From sequence record MF158041: a stretch of DNA of 64,000 nucleotides; one strand, 5' to 3'. Under the pieces are notes generated by a model. That model was not told where the DNA came from, did not search any database, and saw nothing but the letters and a program-made list of their open reading frames with translations. The position numbers and the translations under genes were made by a program. Numbering within the stretch: position 1 is the stretch's first letter; each line of letters opens with the position of its first letter. This DNA comes from Shigella phage Sf15. Below, piece after piece: positions 18,959-32,422 of the stretch.

Positions 18959-19322
18959 TAGTGCTTTGGGTATTTTGTTCTGTAATTGCTTGCAAAGCTG
19001 ATACAGATTGTGCTAAGTTGTTAACACTGTCAGAGAACTTATCAAGGGTCTTAGTCAACTTAGCGTTTTCTCCCTTAACATTCTCTAGCTGAACTTTCTG
19101 GTTCTCCATCCCTAATTGTAGGAGCTTCATATCAGATTGTAAGTCACGAATAGCTGAATAGTTACCTTTTGAGTAACCATCCAACTGCTGTAACTTATTT
19201 GTGATAGACACTTCCTGTTTACCATCAGAGACCTGCATTGTAGTGTACATACCAATTACACTGAAAATACCTACAACGATTGCACCAATATTATTCTTAA
19301 AAGCATCTTCAAGCCACTTCAT
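18948..19322 (-). CDS. membrane-anchored coiled-coil protein (spanin-like architecture)
   Basis: N-terminal TM helix IGAIVVGIFSVIGMY then long coiled coil. Confidence 0.4.
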   Translation of the reverse strand: MKWLEDAFKNNIGAIVVGIFSVIGMYTTMQVSDGKQEVSITNKLQQLDGYSKGNYSAIRDLQSDMKLLQLGMENQKVQLENVKGENAKLTKTLDKFSDSVNNLAQSVSALQAITEQNTQSTKKK

Positions 19323-19516
19323 TATTTCTCACCTTTAAAAGCCTTTTCCAAGGTATCTACAAATTCATCATCAATAGGTGTATCTGTTTTACTCGCAAGG
19401 TATCTTGCAAGCTTAAAGAACACTTTTTCAATCATGTATTCACTGAGAAGAGAAAAAAGAAGCTTCCAAAAGAATGCCCCAAGGTTTTTCATGAGGATTG
19501 CTAGAATGGTTGGCAT
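19322..19516 (-). CDS. small hydrophobic protein
   Basis: 64 aa with hydrophobic N-terminal half. Confidence 0.4.
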   Translation of the reverse strand: MPTILAILMKNLGAFFWKLLFSLLSEYMIEKVFFKLARYLASKTDTPIDDEFVDTLEKAFKGEK

Positions 19517-19565
19517 TTAATCACCTTACTTCTTGAGCCAAGATGGTGAGAATACCTACTAAGAA

Positions 19566-19594
19566 ATATTAACACCATCTTGACAGTTAGTCAA
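19566..19594 (-). promoter_or_regulatory. sigma70-like promoter (TTGACT-17-TAATAT on minus strand)
   Basis: read from reverse complement; sits within 10-bp inverted repeat CAAGATGGTG / CACCATCTTG. Confidence 0.45.
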
Positions 19595-19602
19595 CAAGGT
19601 AA

Positions 19603-21981
19603 TTATGCAGTTCTTACCCAAGCCATTAATTTAATGTAAGTGTTAAGAACACTGAATGCTGCACCAGAACCAGTTGCACCAGTGTTACCACTGAATGTGT
19701 GGTTGTGAGCACCAATGCCTACACCGTGACCGTGAGCACCTACCCAACTTGTTCTCCCTGTCCAAGTTCTTGATGCGTAGAAGTTAACTGGTGTACCATA
19801 AGTGAACTGTGAACCAGTATAACCTCTAGAGGCTTGTGAACCTGAGATAGCAAACGCCCCACTTGCTGTATAAAAGCTGTTTGCGTCACTTCTGAAGAAA
19901 CCAAAGTCACCAGAGATTTCCATGTTACCTCTGTCATGGTCGTGAGCACCTTGAGCGTCTGTGTACTTAGTACCATAATCAAAGGTAGTGGTTGTTCCAG
20001 AGAAGCTGTGAGTGTGCGCAGGGATATGACCAACACTTAATGCAACTGTATCAGCACCACCAAGCCCTTTCACATCGGAACCATTTGCAGAACCGATTCT
20101 AATAGTTCTGTTTGCACCCTCTGTCAAGTAAGTCCAAGTAGTGCCTGGGAAAGCTGTATTTGGGTTGACATTAGAAGCAAAGAACGTCACAATACCAACT
20201 GGATACACTTTCTTAAGGTCTGTAGAATCAGTTACCGCAGAGGCAATACGTTGGTCTACTTCAGCCTTGGTGTAAGCACCAAGTTCAGAGGGTGTAGGTT
20301 TGTCTTGGTCTGTGTAGATTTTAGCCCAAACCTCTTCAAAACCAAATCCATCCCTTGCTGTTCTATAATAGATTCCAGTATTCTTGTAGTTAAATTTAAA
20401 CTGTGCAGTCGGTGTAGATGTACCAACTCCAAGGTGCATTTGGTAAACTAAGTGAGTAGACCCGCCAGTTGAATTTGTAACACTGTACAAACCTGTTTTT
20501 GCATTCCAAGCAATACCTGTTGCATCACCGACTTCGGTTCCAGTTCCAGATACACCAGATAACATATATCTAGAGTTTGCAGCAGACTGTGTGTAGTATC
20601 TTGAGTCGAAGTTTGTCCAATCTGTAGGCTGAACCTGACCAGTTACTGATACGCTTCTGTTGAACATGAAAGTGTCAGCAATTTCTAACTGTACACCACC
20701 ACTTGAATAGTTGTACAGGAACAGAGAATTTGGCCTACTGCCTTCACCGTTACCAATATACCAACGTCTGTTGCCGTCTGCATTAGCGCCAACAATATAC
20801 AGTGATGAATTAGCTGTCCCACTTTGCAATGTGAAAGCAGCATCTGTAGTAACAATAGTTTGTGGGTTAGTAAAAACGTTTGCAGCATTAGTTCTTGCAA
20901 GAACGTTCGTTAAAGAGCTTGGAACATATCTTGTATCAAAGTTTGCAAAGTCACTTGGTTTTACCTGACCAGTTACGTTGATAGCTTTGTTAAATGAAAA
21001 CTCTGTAGCAATTTTCAAGTTAACATTTGTCATCTGGTTTGCTAAAACAATCTCAGACTGCGTACCATCTGGTTGACCCACATACCAAGCACCTGTCCCA
21101 GCACTGTTGTAACCACGCATAAATAATGCAGCATTCTCTGTAGCCGCTCTTAAGTTGAGTGCATTACTATCTGCAATAACGTAAGTCTTCCCGTTGAAGT
21201 TGTTAACCCCAACAAAGTTATTACTTGCATTAAGTCTTGCAAATCTCTGGTCAGCAGCAGTCTGTGTAAAGAATCTTGCATCAAGGTTATTCCAGTTATT
21301 AGGCTGAACCTGACCATTGATTTCAAAGTTCTTATCAACACTAACAGAGTTTGTACCAAGAGTCAACGTAGCACCTTTGCTGTTAACTAATGTAACATCA
21401 GTACCAGAAGTCAAGTTACCAACTGTGAATCTCAAAGCATTATTTGAGTCTCTTGCTTCAATATATGCTCCACCATCTGGTAAGATACTTTTAAGTGTTA
21501 AACCAACACCGTTGATATTAATGATTTGTCTTGCCAAGAAAGTATTTTCAGTTTCCTTCATAGCATATCTTGCATCATTTTCAGTGTTAGTTCTCATACC
21601 TAATTCATTAGGAGATGGTTTATTAAGTGTGTGATAAACTGTTGCAGACCTTGTGGCATCATTTACAGTTAATCTTAAAGCACTTGCATTAATTCTAAAG
21701 GTCTTGGCAGTGTCACCGAGAATAACTTCAGAAGAACCTGTTGGGTCTAATAAGTCTTTTCCACCGTATCTTAATTTAACGATGCCAAGATTTCCTGTCA
21801 TATCCCCACCAGTTAGTTGTAAGAATCTTTCTAGTTTGAAAGAGGCAAGGAAATTTGCATAGGTCATTTTACGGTCTTCATCACCTAGCATATCAGACCT
21901 TTTGATAATTCTTAGGTGAAGTAAATCTTCTGAGCGAACTGTATCAATACTGTTTAGCTCACTTAGCTTATATTCAGCCAT
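19603..21981 (-). CDS. tail fiber protein (long)
   Basis: 792 aa, repetitive beta-rich sequence, C-terminal His-rich HxH repeats (GAHGHGVGIGAHNHTF) ending WVRTA. Confidence 0.65.
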   Translation of the reverse strand: MAEYKLSELNSIDTVRSEDLLHLRIIKRSDMLGDEDRKMTYANFLASFKLERFLQLTGGDMTGNLGIVKLRYGGKDLLDPTGSSEVILGDTAKTFRINASALRLTVNDATRSATVYHTLNKPSPNELGMRTNTENDARYAMKETENTFLARQIININGVGLTLKSILPDGGAYIEARDSNNALRFTVGNLTSGTDVTLVNSKGATLTLGTNSVSVDKNFEINGQVQPNNWNNLDARFFTQTAADQRFARLNASNNFVGVNNFNGKTYVIADSNALNLRAATENAALFMRGYNSAGTGAWYVGQPDGTQSEIVLANQMTNVNLKIATEFSFNKAINVTGQVKPSDFANFDTRYVPSSLTNVLARTNAANVFTNPQTIVTTDAAFTLQSGTANSSLYIVGANADGNRRWYIGNGEGSRPNSLFLYNYSSGGVQLEIADTFMFNRSVSVTGQVQPTDWTNFDSRYYTQSAANSRYMLSGVSGTGTEVGDATGIAWNAKTGLYSVTNSTGGSTHLVYQMHLGVGTSTPTAQFKFNYKNTGIYYRTARDGFGFEEVWAKIYTDQDKPTPSELGAYTKAEVDQRIASAVTDSTDLKKVYPVGIVTFFASNVNPNTAFPGTTWTYLTEGANRTIRIGSANGSDVKGLGGADTVALSVGHIPAHTHSFSGTTTTFDYGTKYTDAQGAHDHDRGNMEISGDFGFFRSDANSFYTASGAFAISGSQASRGYTGSQFTYGTPVNFYASRTWTGRTSWVGAHGHGVGIGAHNHTFSGNTGATGSGAAFSVLNTYIKLMAWVRTA

Positions 21982-22026
21982 TTATAAATCCTCTTTCTAG
22001 GGGCTGTGTAGCCCCTTATAAAATAA

Positions 22027-23202
22027 TTACGCAGTTCTCTTCCAAACATATACAACATAAGAAGGTTGCTCAATATTAAATGCTTGTCCAGCACCAAATG
22101 CACCAGTTGTACCTGAGTGAGTGTGCTCAGAAGATTGAACTGTCACAGTACCTGAGTGTCCATGTGAACCAATTGCAACGCTGTGTCCATGTGCTCCGAT
22201 ATACACACTGTGAGAGTGGTTACCACCAACTGAAGAGTTAACATTGAAGGTATGTGTGTGAACCCCATCAAAGTCTGTATATGACGCATTCCCAACACCT
22301 GCATCAGCCGTTGCCGTAATAGCATTCACACCACCCCTGTCAGAACCCCTCAATGGAATCCTGTGGCTGTGACTACCAGCACTGCTTACAGAACCATTAA
22401 CGTTATGAGCGTGGCTTCCAGAGTCGTTTGTGGCCTTAGAACCGTAATCAAAACTTGATGTGCTCTTAGTCCCATAGTCAAAGCTAGAAATTACTACTGT
22501 TGCATTATGGGAGTGTCCACCACCAGTTAACAATACAGAGTGTGTGTGACTTGGAATGTTATTTTGTGTAAGTGTTACAGTAGCAGAACCAAATACTGAT
22601 TCTACAGGTCTTGTATCTGTGTCATAACCGACAAGAGACCTTCCTTTAGAAACTAACTCCCAAGTACCACCACAAAGTAAATATGTAGATGGGTTTGCAG
22701 GGTTAACTGACAAATGAATAGTACCAATCGGATAGCTATTCTGGATAGCCCTATATAAAGCATTCACAGCTTTTGCAGTAGCATACTTATCAGCATCTTC
22801 AGAGTAAGAGTTTGAATATGTCCAGTTTTGAATATTAGACAAACCTACTTGAATCTTGTTAGTGTTGTGAGGGTTATTCTTGTCATTAATGTGATTCTGA
22901 ATAAGAGCATTAACTTCATCACTTGATAGAATATTAAGGTTCTGCCTAGCCTCTTCAACACTAACCACGTCTGACAAGTTATTAGCAGCCACTAATTGGA
23001 GTGCGTTAACAACATTACCAAGTTCTACGTGAACCTTTGTAACGCCGTGTGGGTTATTTCTTAAAGATGCGTGTGGAGCAAGTAATTGCTCAAGTGTGCA
23101 TCGTTTATCCTCAATACCTTGCTTAAGGTGAAAGATATCACTTAAATCAATAGGCAACGAGGCTTGAGGCAATGCACTAATTTGAATTTCACCTACTGGC
23201 AT
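22027..23202 (-). CDS. tail fiber protein (short paralog)
   Basis: 391 aa; C-terminal HSHSVYIGAHGHSVAIGSHGHSG and terminal WKRTA parallel the neighbouring fiber. Confidence 0.6.
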   Translation of the reverse strand: MPVGEIQISALPQASLPIDLSDIFHLKQGIEDKRCTLEQLLAPHASLRNNPHGVTKVHVELGNVVNALQLVAANNLSDVVSVEEARQNLNILSSDEVNALIQNHINDKNNPHNTNKIQVGLSNIQNWTYSNSYSEDADKYATAKAVNALYRAIQNSYPIGTIHLSVNPANPSTYLLCGGTWELVSKGRSLVGYDTDTRPVESVFGSATVTLTQNNIPSHTHSVLLTGGGHSHNATVVISSFDYGTKSTSSFDYGSKATNDSGSHAHNVNGSVSSAGSHSHRIPLRGSDRGGVNAITATADAGVGNASYTDFDGVHTHTFNVNSSVGGNHSHSVYIGAHGHSVAIGSHGHSGTVTVQSSEHTHSGTTGAFGAGQAFNIEQPSYVVYVWKRTA

Positions 23203-23204
23203 TA

Positions 23205-23504
23205 TTAGCTCCCTTTATATTCGTATGTGTAAAGGTTAGTCGTGCTAGTGGGTGCAGTTCCTGTTACTGTGTCAATTAATTCCCAACCATTGGAAACTAA
23301 ATCAGGTTGCTCCGTAGCAAATGAACGAACCTCTCCAACCGTACCATTTACTTTGTTAAGCAAATAGTTGATAATATAGTTAAACCACTGACGACCCATA
23401 GGCTCACCCCTTAATAGGCCAGTGGCTTGAATTTCTGGAGGTGGTAAAACTTTAAGCTGGTTACCATCAGCATCAACTGTATCTGTAGACCATGAAAGAG
23501 ACAT
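23205..23504 (-). CDS. hypothetical tail-associated protein
   Basis: 99 aa ORF between baseplate and fiber genes. Confidence 0.4.
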   Translation of the reverse strand: MSLSWSTDTVDADGNQLKVLPPPEIQATGLLRGEPMGRQWFNYIINYLLNKVNGTVGEVRSFATEQPDLVSNGWELIDTVTGTAPTSTTNLYTYEYKGS

Positions 23505-24400
23505 TATGAACTTCCTTCTTGTTGAGATTTATCTTTTCTACCTTTGACGATTTGGGCGACTTCTGCCATAATCCCATAATCACCACCTGCTACTGTTTCT
23601 TTACCAGCAATGAAATAGTCGTTGCTATTGTTTGTTTTGCTGACTTTTAAATAATCTTTACTGGTACTTCCACCAGTTTTATCCACTCTTACATAACCAT
23701 CTCTTACACCTGCATCTGCAAAACTACCTAATTTATTTGCTTCTAGAGAGCCACCTGTGTTGTTCGTAATAAGACCCTTGTTAGTGTTTGTTACAAACCA
23801 GTTGTTGTTCTCATCAGTAATTGCCAGAGATGAATCAGCAACCTCTACAGGAGTCCAAGCAGTACCATTTAAGGTAACATCTCTAAGGATAACTGCTGAA
23901 CCAATAGTTGTTGCAGCAATCTTAGAAAGTGTGTATGCTGTATCTAACACGTTATTACGAGTGTTTACACGGATAACAATTCCACCAGTCATTGGCGTAA
24001 TGTGCTCAAAAATCTGACTGAATGATGCGTTGTAAAGGGTCATAACAGCTTTTTGTAAGAAGCTTGGTGTGGTGTCAGAACGTCTTAAGAAAATTTGAAT
24101 GTAGAGGATAGCTCTGTAAGTGTCATCATCAGCACCAATAGGTCTAGGGACTTTAATCAAAGCCCCGATGTTATCAAGTTGTGTGCCAACACCTACACGA
24201 ATATTTCTTTCAGTATATAACTGATTACTGATATCCTCTAATAATTGTAACTCATCTGTGATAGATTTCAATAGACTTGTGTAAATAAACTTATCTTTGA
24301 ATTGAGTTACAGTTCTTTCGTCCAATGTTTTCTCATAAAAGTTTTCAATCTTTTTAAACATTGTTACTCCTTGGTAATTGTATACTGTGAGCTTTCCCAA
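23504..24400 (-). CDS. baseplate/tail protein (P2 gpI-like position)
   Basis: gene order after J-like gene. Confidence 0.4.
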   Translation of the reverse strand: MGKLTVYNYQGVTMFKKIENFYEKTLDERTVTQFKDKFIYTSLLKSITDELQLLEDISNQLYTERNIRVGVGTQLDNIGALIKVPRPIGADDDTYRAILYIQIFLRRSDTTPSFLQKAVMTLYNASFSQIFEHITPMTGGIVIRVNTRNNVLDTAYTLSKIAATTIGSAVILRDVTLNGTAWTPVEVADSSLAITDENNNWFVTNTNKGLITNNTGGSLEANKLGSFADAGVRDGYVRVDKTGGSTSKDYLKVSKTNNSNDYFIAGKETVAGGDYGIMAEVAQIVKGRKDKSQQEGSS

Positions 24401-25833
24401 ACAGTGTACTGGTCACCATCAATAGTGATTCTTGAAGTTGTGTACTGCCCCTCAGCAGGTGGAATTGCTTGGTTATTTGAAAGTGCAACCTTAATCTCAT
24501 TAATCTCGATACCTTGAATCACATCATAGATATGTCCATAGATTCTGTTAGGGATTACATCGTTACCAACTTTCAAAGTTCTACCGTAGGCATTAATACC
24601 TTGAACAATTCTGTCATGAATATCCTGCTCAGGGATGTTAAGAGTCTCTTCATCGTAAAGAGAGTAAGTAACCTTGACAAAAACGTATTTAGGCATTGGT
24701 CTACTAAAGTAAACGTCGTGAGGGAGAGAACCTAAGTCATATGCAGTCCCAAAGATTGAACCATATGGGCGAATACCAGCAGGTTTCGTGTCCCAGATTG
24801 CCTGTGCAATATTATCATTCTGACCACCAACTACAACAATCTTAAAAGACTTCGGAGGAAGACCATCAGAGTTTGTTGTCTCAGTATCATTTTCTACACC
24901 AGAAGCATCAGACACACCTTGAACTCTCTTGACAGCAGCTACAATAGCATCTAGAGTACCTACACCAGTAACAGCCAGAGATTCTAAGTAACGCTGTCTC
25001 AGTTCTGTGTCAGTTTCCTCATCACGACCTGTTGTCAAGTCATATCTGTTGAAAACACTATCGAGACCATCTACAGTTGTTTCAATCTCAATCAAGGTTC
25101 CTGCCAGAGTCTGGATGGCTCCAGTTTCATCTGCTACAACGTCACTAATTGAAGTAATCTTTGTAAATGTTAAGAATGTCGTTGCGGTAACAACCATAGG
25201 GTTAGTTCTGGCAATGATATCTCCAGTGTCTTTATAGATTCTCAGAACTGAACCATCATTAGTAACTTCAGCCTTTGCAATAATACCACCATTAATAGCA
25301 TCTGCAAGTTTCTGTAGCAATGTTGTAATGGTATCAGAACTAGTCGGCTGATATGAATACTCAATGTTGTCAATGATAATAACATAGTTTGCATCTGTTC
25401 GTAAAGAGTTAACTTCTAAGTTTGCCTCTACACAGTAAGATGGAGTCAGTGTGAAAGTTGACACAGGATAAAAGATATTACCTGCTGTACTTCTTAATCT
25501 TGTAGTGGCTGGTACAGAAGCACCAGAATTACCAGTGAACTCAGCTTGACCTCTTGTAGCCTGTGCCACATATCTGTATACAGCGTTCAAAGCTGTTACA
25601 TCATCTAAACTGAATCCTTCAGCTTTGTCAATAGTACCACCATCATAGATTTCTGACAAGATTTCATGAACGTCTGCAAGACCTCGGCAAACAGAAGCTA
25701 AGAATAACCCAAGTTCGCTATCTTCAGAAACATCAAGGTTTGGTGAGATATCTCTATACAGACTTGCTTTAACATCATCCAAGATTTCTTGATATCTTTT
25801 TGTTTGTAAACCTGTAGTTGTTAATCCAGCCAT
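24364..25833 (-). CDS. baseplate J-like protein
   Basis: 489 aa, position after W-like gene in V-W-J-I order. Confidence 0.45.
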   Translation of the reverse strand: MAGLTTTGLQTKRYQEILDDVKASLYRDISPNLDVSEDSELGLFLASVCRGLADVHEILSEIYDGGTIDKAEGFSLDDVTALNAVYRYVAQATRGQAEFTGNSGASVPATTRLRSTAGNIFYPVSTFTLTPSYCVEANLEVNSLRTDANYVIIIDNIEYSYQPTSSDTITTLLQKLADAINGGIIAKAEVTNDGSVLRIYKDTGDIIARTNPMVVTATTFLTFTKITSISDVVADETGAIQTLAGTLIEIETTVDGLDSVFNRYDLTTGRDEETDTELRQRYLESLAVTGVGTLDAIVAAVKRVQGVSDASGVENDTETTNSDGLPPKSFKIVVVGGQNDNIAQAIWDTKPAGIRPYGSIFGTAYDLGSLPHDVYFSRPMPKYVFVKVTYSLYDEETLNIPEQDIHDRIVQGINAYGRTLKVGNDVIPNRIYGHIYDVIQGIEINEIKVALSNNQAIPPAEGQYTTSRITIDGDQYTVWESSQYTITKE

Positions 25834-26248
25834 TAAATGTTTACCTCTGTATTAATTTCAACATCGTCAGCAGTTGTCGTTGCATTAAATCTTACTGACA
25901 CTTTTCTCATTGCATTATCCATTGTTGAAGAGTAGTTGTAGATGTTTGTTACATCTCTCGTTTCAACAAGGTAACCTTTCATATAATTATCAAAAATAGA
26001 GGTCTTCTGCTTGAACTTAGCAAGCTGTAAATAAGGGAATCCAGCAGATGTATTAAAGAATACCTCTCCAGCCCTTAGAAGACACCTAATATGTAATCTT
26101 TGAGCTACCTGAGTAGCTTTATCGTCTTCTGGGATAATTCTAATCTGATTACCCGTAATTTTTAAATCTCCGTGAGCAACGTATACAGAATCATTTCCTA
26201 ATTTAGCTACGTAGTCACCACCAAGATTGATTGCAAAATCTGTTTTCA

Positions 26249-26249
<1 letters not shown>
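25833..26249 (-). CDS. baseplate wedge protein (gpW-like)
   Basis: 138 aa, synteny. Confidence 0.4.
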
Positions 26250-29010
<2,761 letters not shown>

Positions 29011-29011
<1 letters not shown>

Positions 29012-31248
29012 TATTCATCCTCTGGGTAGCTAGAGTTTAACAGAATATCTTCCTGACTCTTATCAGTGATATCCACCATCTTAGTAGCAATCTGCTTACC
29101 ATCCAGATTAAAGGAAACGTTAAGCGTCTGCTTAGTTTGCAATGGTAGTCCAGAAGGAGTCATCATCATAGGTGTCTGGTTAAACTTGTTTGCAAAGTTA
29201 TTTAGAGACTCAGACAGGTTGTTCATGATAATATCCCAATTTGACAAACCATTATCAACTCTCTGAATATTTCCAGAAGCGTCTGTGGTATATTGTGCAA
29301 ACTGAAGTTGTCCATTCTGGTCAAAGAACATTGGACGTTTTGGATTAGTGATTCCTGAGATAGCTTCATTGAAAGGATTAGGTGTGTTAACCTCGTTAAA
29401 TCTCTTTCCAGCATTCTTGTCAACTGAACCAGATAACATTAATGCAGAACCACCTACACCAAGAGCCATTCTGGTTGCTGATACACCAGCCGTTGTAGCT
29501 GCTGTTTCTGCTGCTGTAGTTAATCCAAACTTCTGTGCAATCTTAGCTAAGATACCTTCTTCAAAGATACTCTTGACAAATGCTACAGTACCACCAAAGA
29601 TTTTAGCGACTTTTGTAATAGCTGCAATTGAGACACCAATAGCGGTGAACGTAGCAACTAACTCAGCAGAATCCTTGATTAGTTTCTGTTGACTAGCATC
29701 TAATTCCTTGAAATAGCCCATTGAGGTATAGTACAATGAAGAAATGCGGTACATGATATCTGTCACGAAGTCTAGAAGGTTACTAGCACCTTTTAAAAGG
29801 TAACCAATACCTGTACCAAGTGCTTCAGATGTACCAAGGGAACCTTGCAAGAACATTGCAACTGAGTTAGAGAGTTGTGAAATACCTTCGCTAGAGTTGT
29901 TGAAAAGTGCTACAAGAGTGTTATCCCACATAGCTTTTGCTTGACCCATAGAGGTGGCTGTCTGCTTAGAAACTGCATTCATACCACCTGCTGCTTCAAC
30001 AAGCTCTCTCATTTTTTCTGAGACTTTTGGTAGAACGTCTTTAGCAAGAAGCTGACCATCTTTCATCATCTTGTCAAGTTCTTGTGGAGTTTTACCAATA
30101 GCATCAGAGAATAACTGAACAGCACCTGCCAAACGGTCACCTAACTGTCCACGAAGTTCTTCAGCCTGAATCTTACCTTTAGATGCCATTTGCTGGAAAG
30201 CAACCATGATACCTTTCAAGTCTTCATCAGAAGCACCACGAATACGTGAGAACATAGCAGCATTCTTATAGAACTCTTGAGTCCCTTTAAAACCTAACTC
30301 TGGTTGAGCACCAGCAGCGAAGTTTGAGTACTGCTTCATAGTGTCTGTGTAGTTCTGACCAATCTGGTGAGAGAACGTAGCAGCGAACATTCTAGCTTGC
30401 TGTGTATCCCCTCCAAAGATAGCTGTTGAGGCTAACTGTGCAGACTGTCTCTTTACACCTGCATCAATAGTCTTCTGAGCTAATTCCAGCATAGCATACG
30501 CTGAAACAAAACCACCTACAAGCTGTCTTAGTGAAGAGTTTGCTCTGTCTTGTAACCAAGCTGACTCTCTGACTGCCTTAAGTCTAGCATTTTCTGCAAT
30601 AACCCAACGTTTGGTAGTGTCAATGAGTTTCTTAACTTCCATCTCATACTCACCAACTTTACCACTACCTTTGTACTTATTATAGATTCCTTGTAAGCTT
30701 CCTCTGAAGGAAGTAGCCATTTGGTTACCTTGTCCACCAATTGTTTCAAGACGACGAGTCAAACCAGAATAGAAGTTGTTGTTAAACATTCTTTCCATTT
30801 GTCTTTGAGCAATATCAGGTCTAACTCTAGGTGAACCACCACCTCCAACCGGAGGGATAGTGTTACCACGGCCTCTACCAACTCCACCACGAACATTGAC
30901 TTTACCTTCAACATTCATAGCTTGTCTTAGAGCCTTATTAATTTCTTTGGCTGTTTTCTTACCCTGTGTTTCTAATCTGCGAAGTGATTTTACACCTTGT
31001 GAATCTAAATTCATAGCATTGTTTAGGGATTTATTGATTCTGCCTGAAGCAGTCTGAGCGTTTTTTACAAGTCTGTTTAGAGCATCTTGTGAACTTCTAT
31101 TAGGCTTCACATCAAAGGCTTTATTGATATTGCGTTCGATACGTTGAGCAGACTGCATAGCCATTTTCTCAACTCTTTGCAAACCCTTAATAACCTTTTC
31201 ACTGAATCCAAGTTCAACAACAAAACTGTCAACTGTATATTGTGCCAT
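29011..31248 (-). CDS. tail tape measure protein
   Basis: 745 aa, long helical/coiled-coil N-terminal part, Gly/Ala-rich segments, position after chaperone-like genes. Confidence 0.65.
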
Positions 31249-31475
31249 TAAATTTTACCTGCTTTTCTGAGTTCGTTGTAAGCCATTTCTTCTTTATATG
31301 ACTTCTGGATTTCTAAATACTGACGTAGAGATAATAAATCAACGAAGGTCATATCAAAAAGTTGGTTGAGTGTCTCTTTACACCCATCCATACCATAAAT
31401 AGCAAGCACAAATTTCATCTCATCTGCTTCATCATAAGTTGCCTTTACAGCCCCGTCAGTCAGCGGGGTCTGCAT
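31248..31475 (-). CDS. tail assembly chaperone (distal segment)
   Basis: 75 aa ORF between chaperone and tape measure, typical G/GT position. Confidence 0.35.
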   Translation of the reverse strand: MQTPLTDGAVKATYDEADEMKFVLAIYGMDGCKETLNQLFDMTFVDLLSLRQYLEIQKSYKEEMAYNELRKAGKI

Positions 31476-31483
31476 AGAATAAC

Positions 31484-31885
31484 TTAAGCTTCCTGCTGAG
31501 AAGTTAGGCTTTTGAAAATGCTTGCCTCGAAAAAACTTCCGAAGTTTGCCTCCAAAGCAAAAGCTAAGAAGTCAATAAATTCACCATAGTTCGCTTGGAA
31601 GTAACTATCAATTTTCAGTGGGAAGTCATTAACTGTTGCCCCCTGAAATAGTGTCTCTGCCATTGCATCAATATCTAGTTCGTCAACCTTTTCAAAGCAA
31701 GCTTCAACGAGTTCTTTAAATGGGATTTTAGCTTCACCATCTTTAGAGGTTAAACCAGAGAACATCTGTGCAAATGCTGGTACAACTGCTTTACCAAGTT
31801 TCATAGAGATACGGATACCATCTCTTGCTCCAAGAAGAATAATAGTTACCTTCTTGCCGTTAATCATTTTAGTTTCAGTCTTCAT
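31484..31885 (-). CDS. tail assembly chaperone
   Basis: 133 aa acidic protein between tube and tape measure. Confidence 0.4.
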   Translation of the reverse strand: MKTETKMINGKKVTIILLGARDGIRISMKLGKAVVPAFAQMFSGLTSKDGEAKIPFKELVEACFEKVDELDIDAMAETLFQGATVNDFPLKIDSYFQANYGEFIDFLAFALEANFGSFFEASIFKSLTSQQEA

Positions 31886-31961
31886 TGTGATTCCTTAAAA
31901 GTTATGCTATAAAAACACAAAAGGGGAAGACCTTTTACAGTCTCCCCCTTATTAGGATTTG

Positions 31962-32408
31962 TTAAACGCTTGACGCAGGGATTGTTGAAGTGTAGTCTAA
32001 CTTCTCACAACCGAAAATCCAAGTTTTCGAGTTCTGGTCACGACCTAATTCAATCTGTGGAAGCTCTTGCAACCAAGCATTGATACCTGTTGCCAGAACT
32101 GAACCAGATGGGTCGTAAATTACAAAGTTAGATGAGATATCTTCTTCAAGTTCCATGTCATCTTGTTTAGCTTGAATTGCAGAAAGCATCTGGTTTGATA
32201 GAGAAGTCTGCATTAGCTCAATCTCAATCGTACCTGTCTTGTCTGCATTTCTTGTCAGAGCCACTTGACCACCTGCACCTACAACTTGCGTAACAAGTGG
32301 AGAGTTTCTCTGAAGACGCAAGAATGAGTCTGGTGCAAAACCTTCAATGGCAATGCCATTCCAGCTACAAACTACATCTTTAGGGGAATATTGCTGATAC
32401 ATAGCCAT
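31962..32408 (-). CDS. tail tube protein
   Basis: 148 aa directly downstream of sheath-sized gene. Confidence 0.45.
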   Translation of the reverse strand: MAMYQQYSPKDVVCSWNGIAIEGFAPDSFLRLQRNSPLVTQVVGAGGQVALTRNADKTGTIEIELMQTSLSNQMLSAIQAKQDDMELEEDISSNFVIYDPSGSVLATGINAWLQELPQIELGRDQNSKTWIFGCEKLDYTSTIPASSV

Positions 32409-32422
32409 TCCTAATTACTCCT

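Noticed and set aside
19603-23202. Diversity-generating retroelement targeting the tail-fiber C termini
   Set aside because: No reverse transcriptase-like ORF (no YxDD motif protein) and no template-repeat copy of the fiber 3' end was seen nearby.
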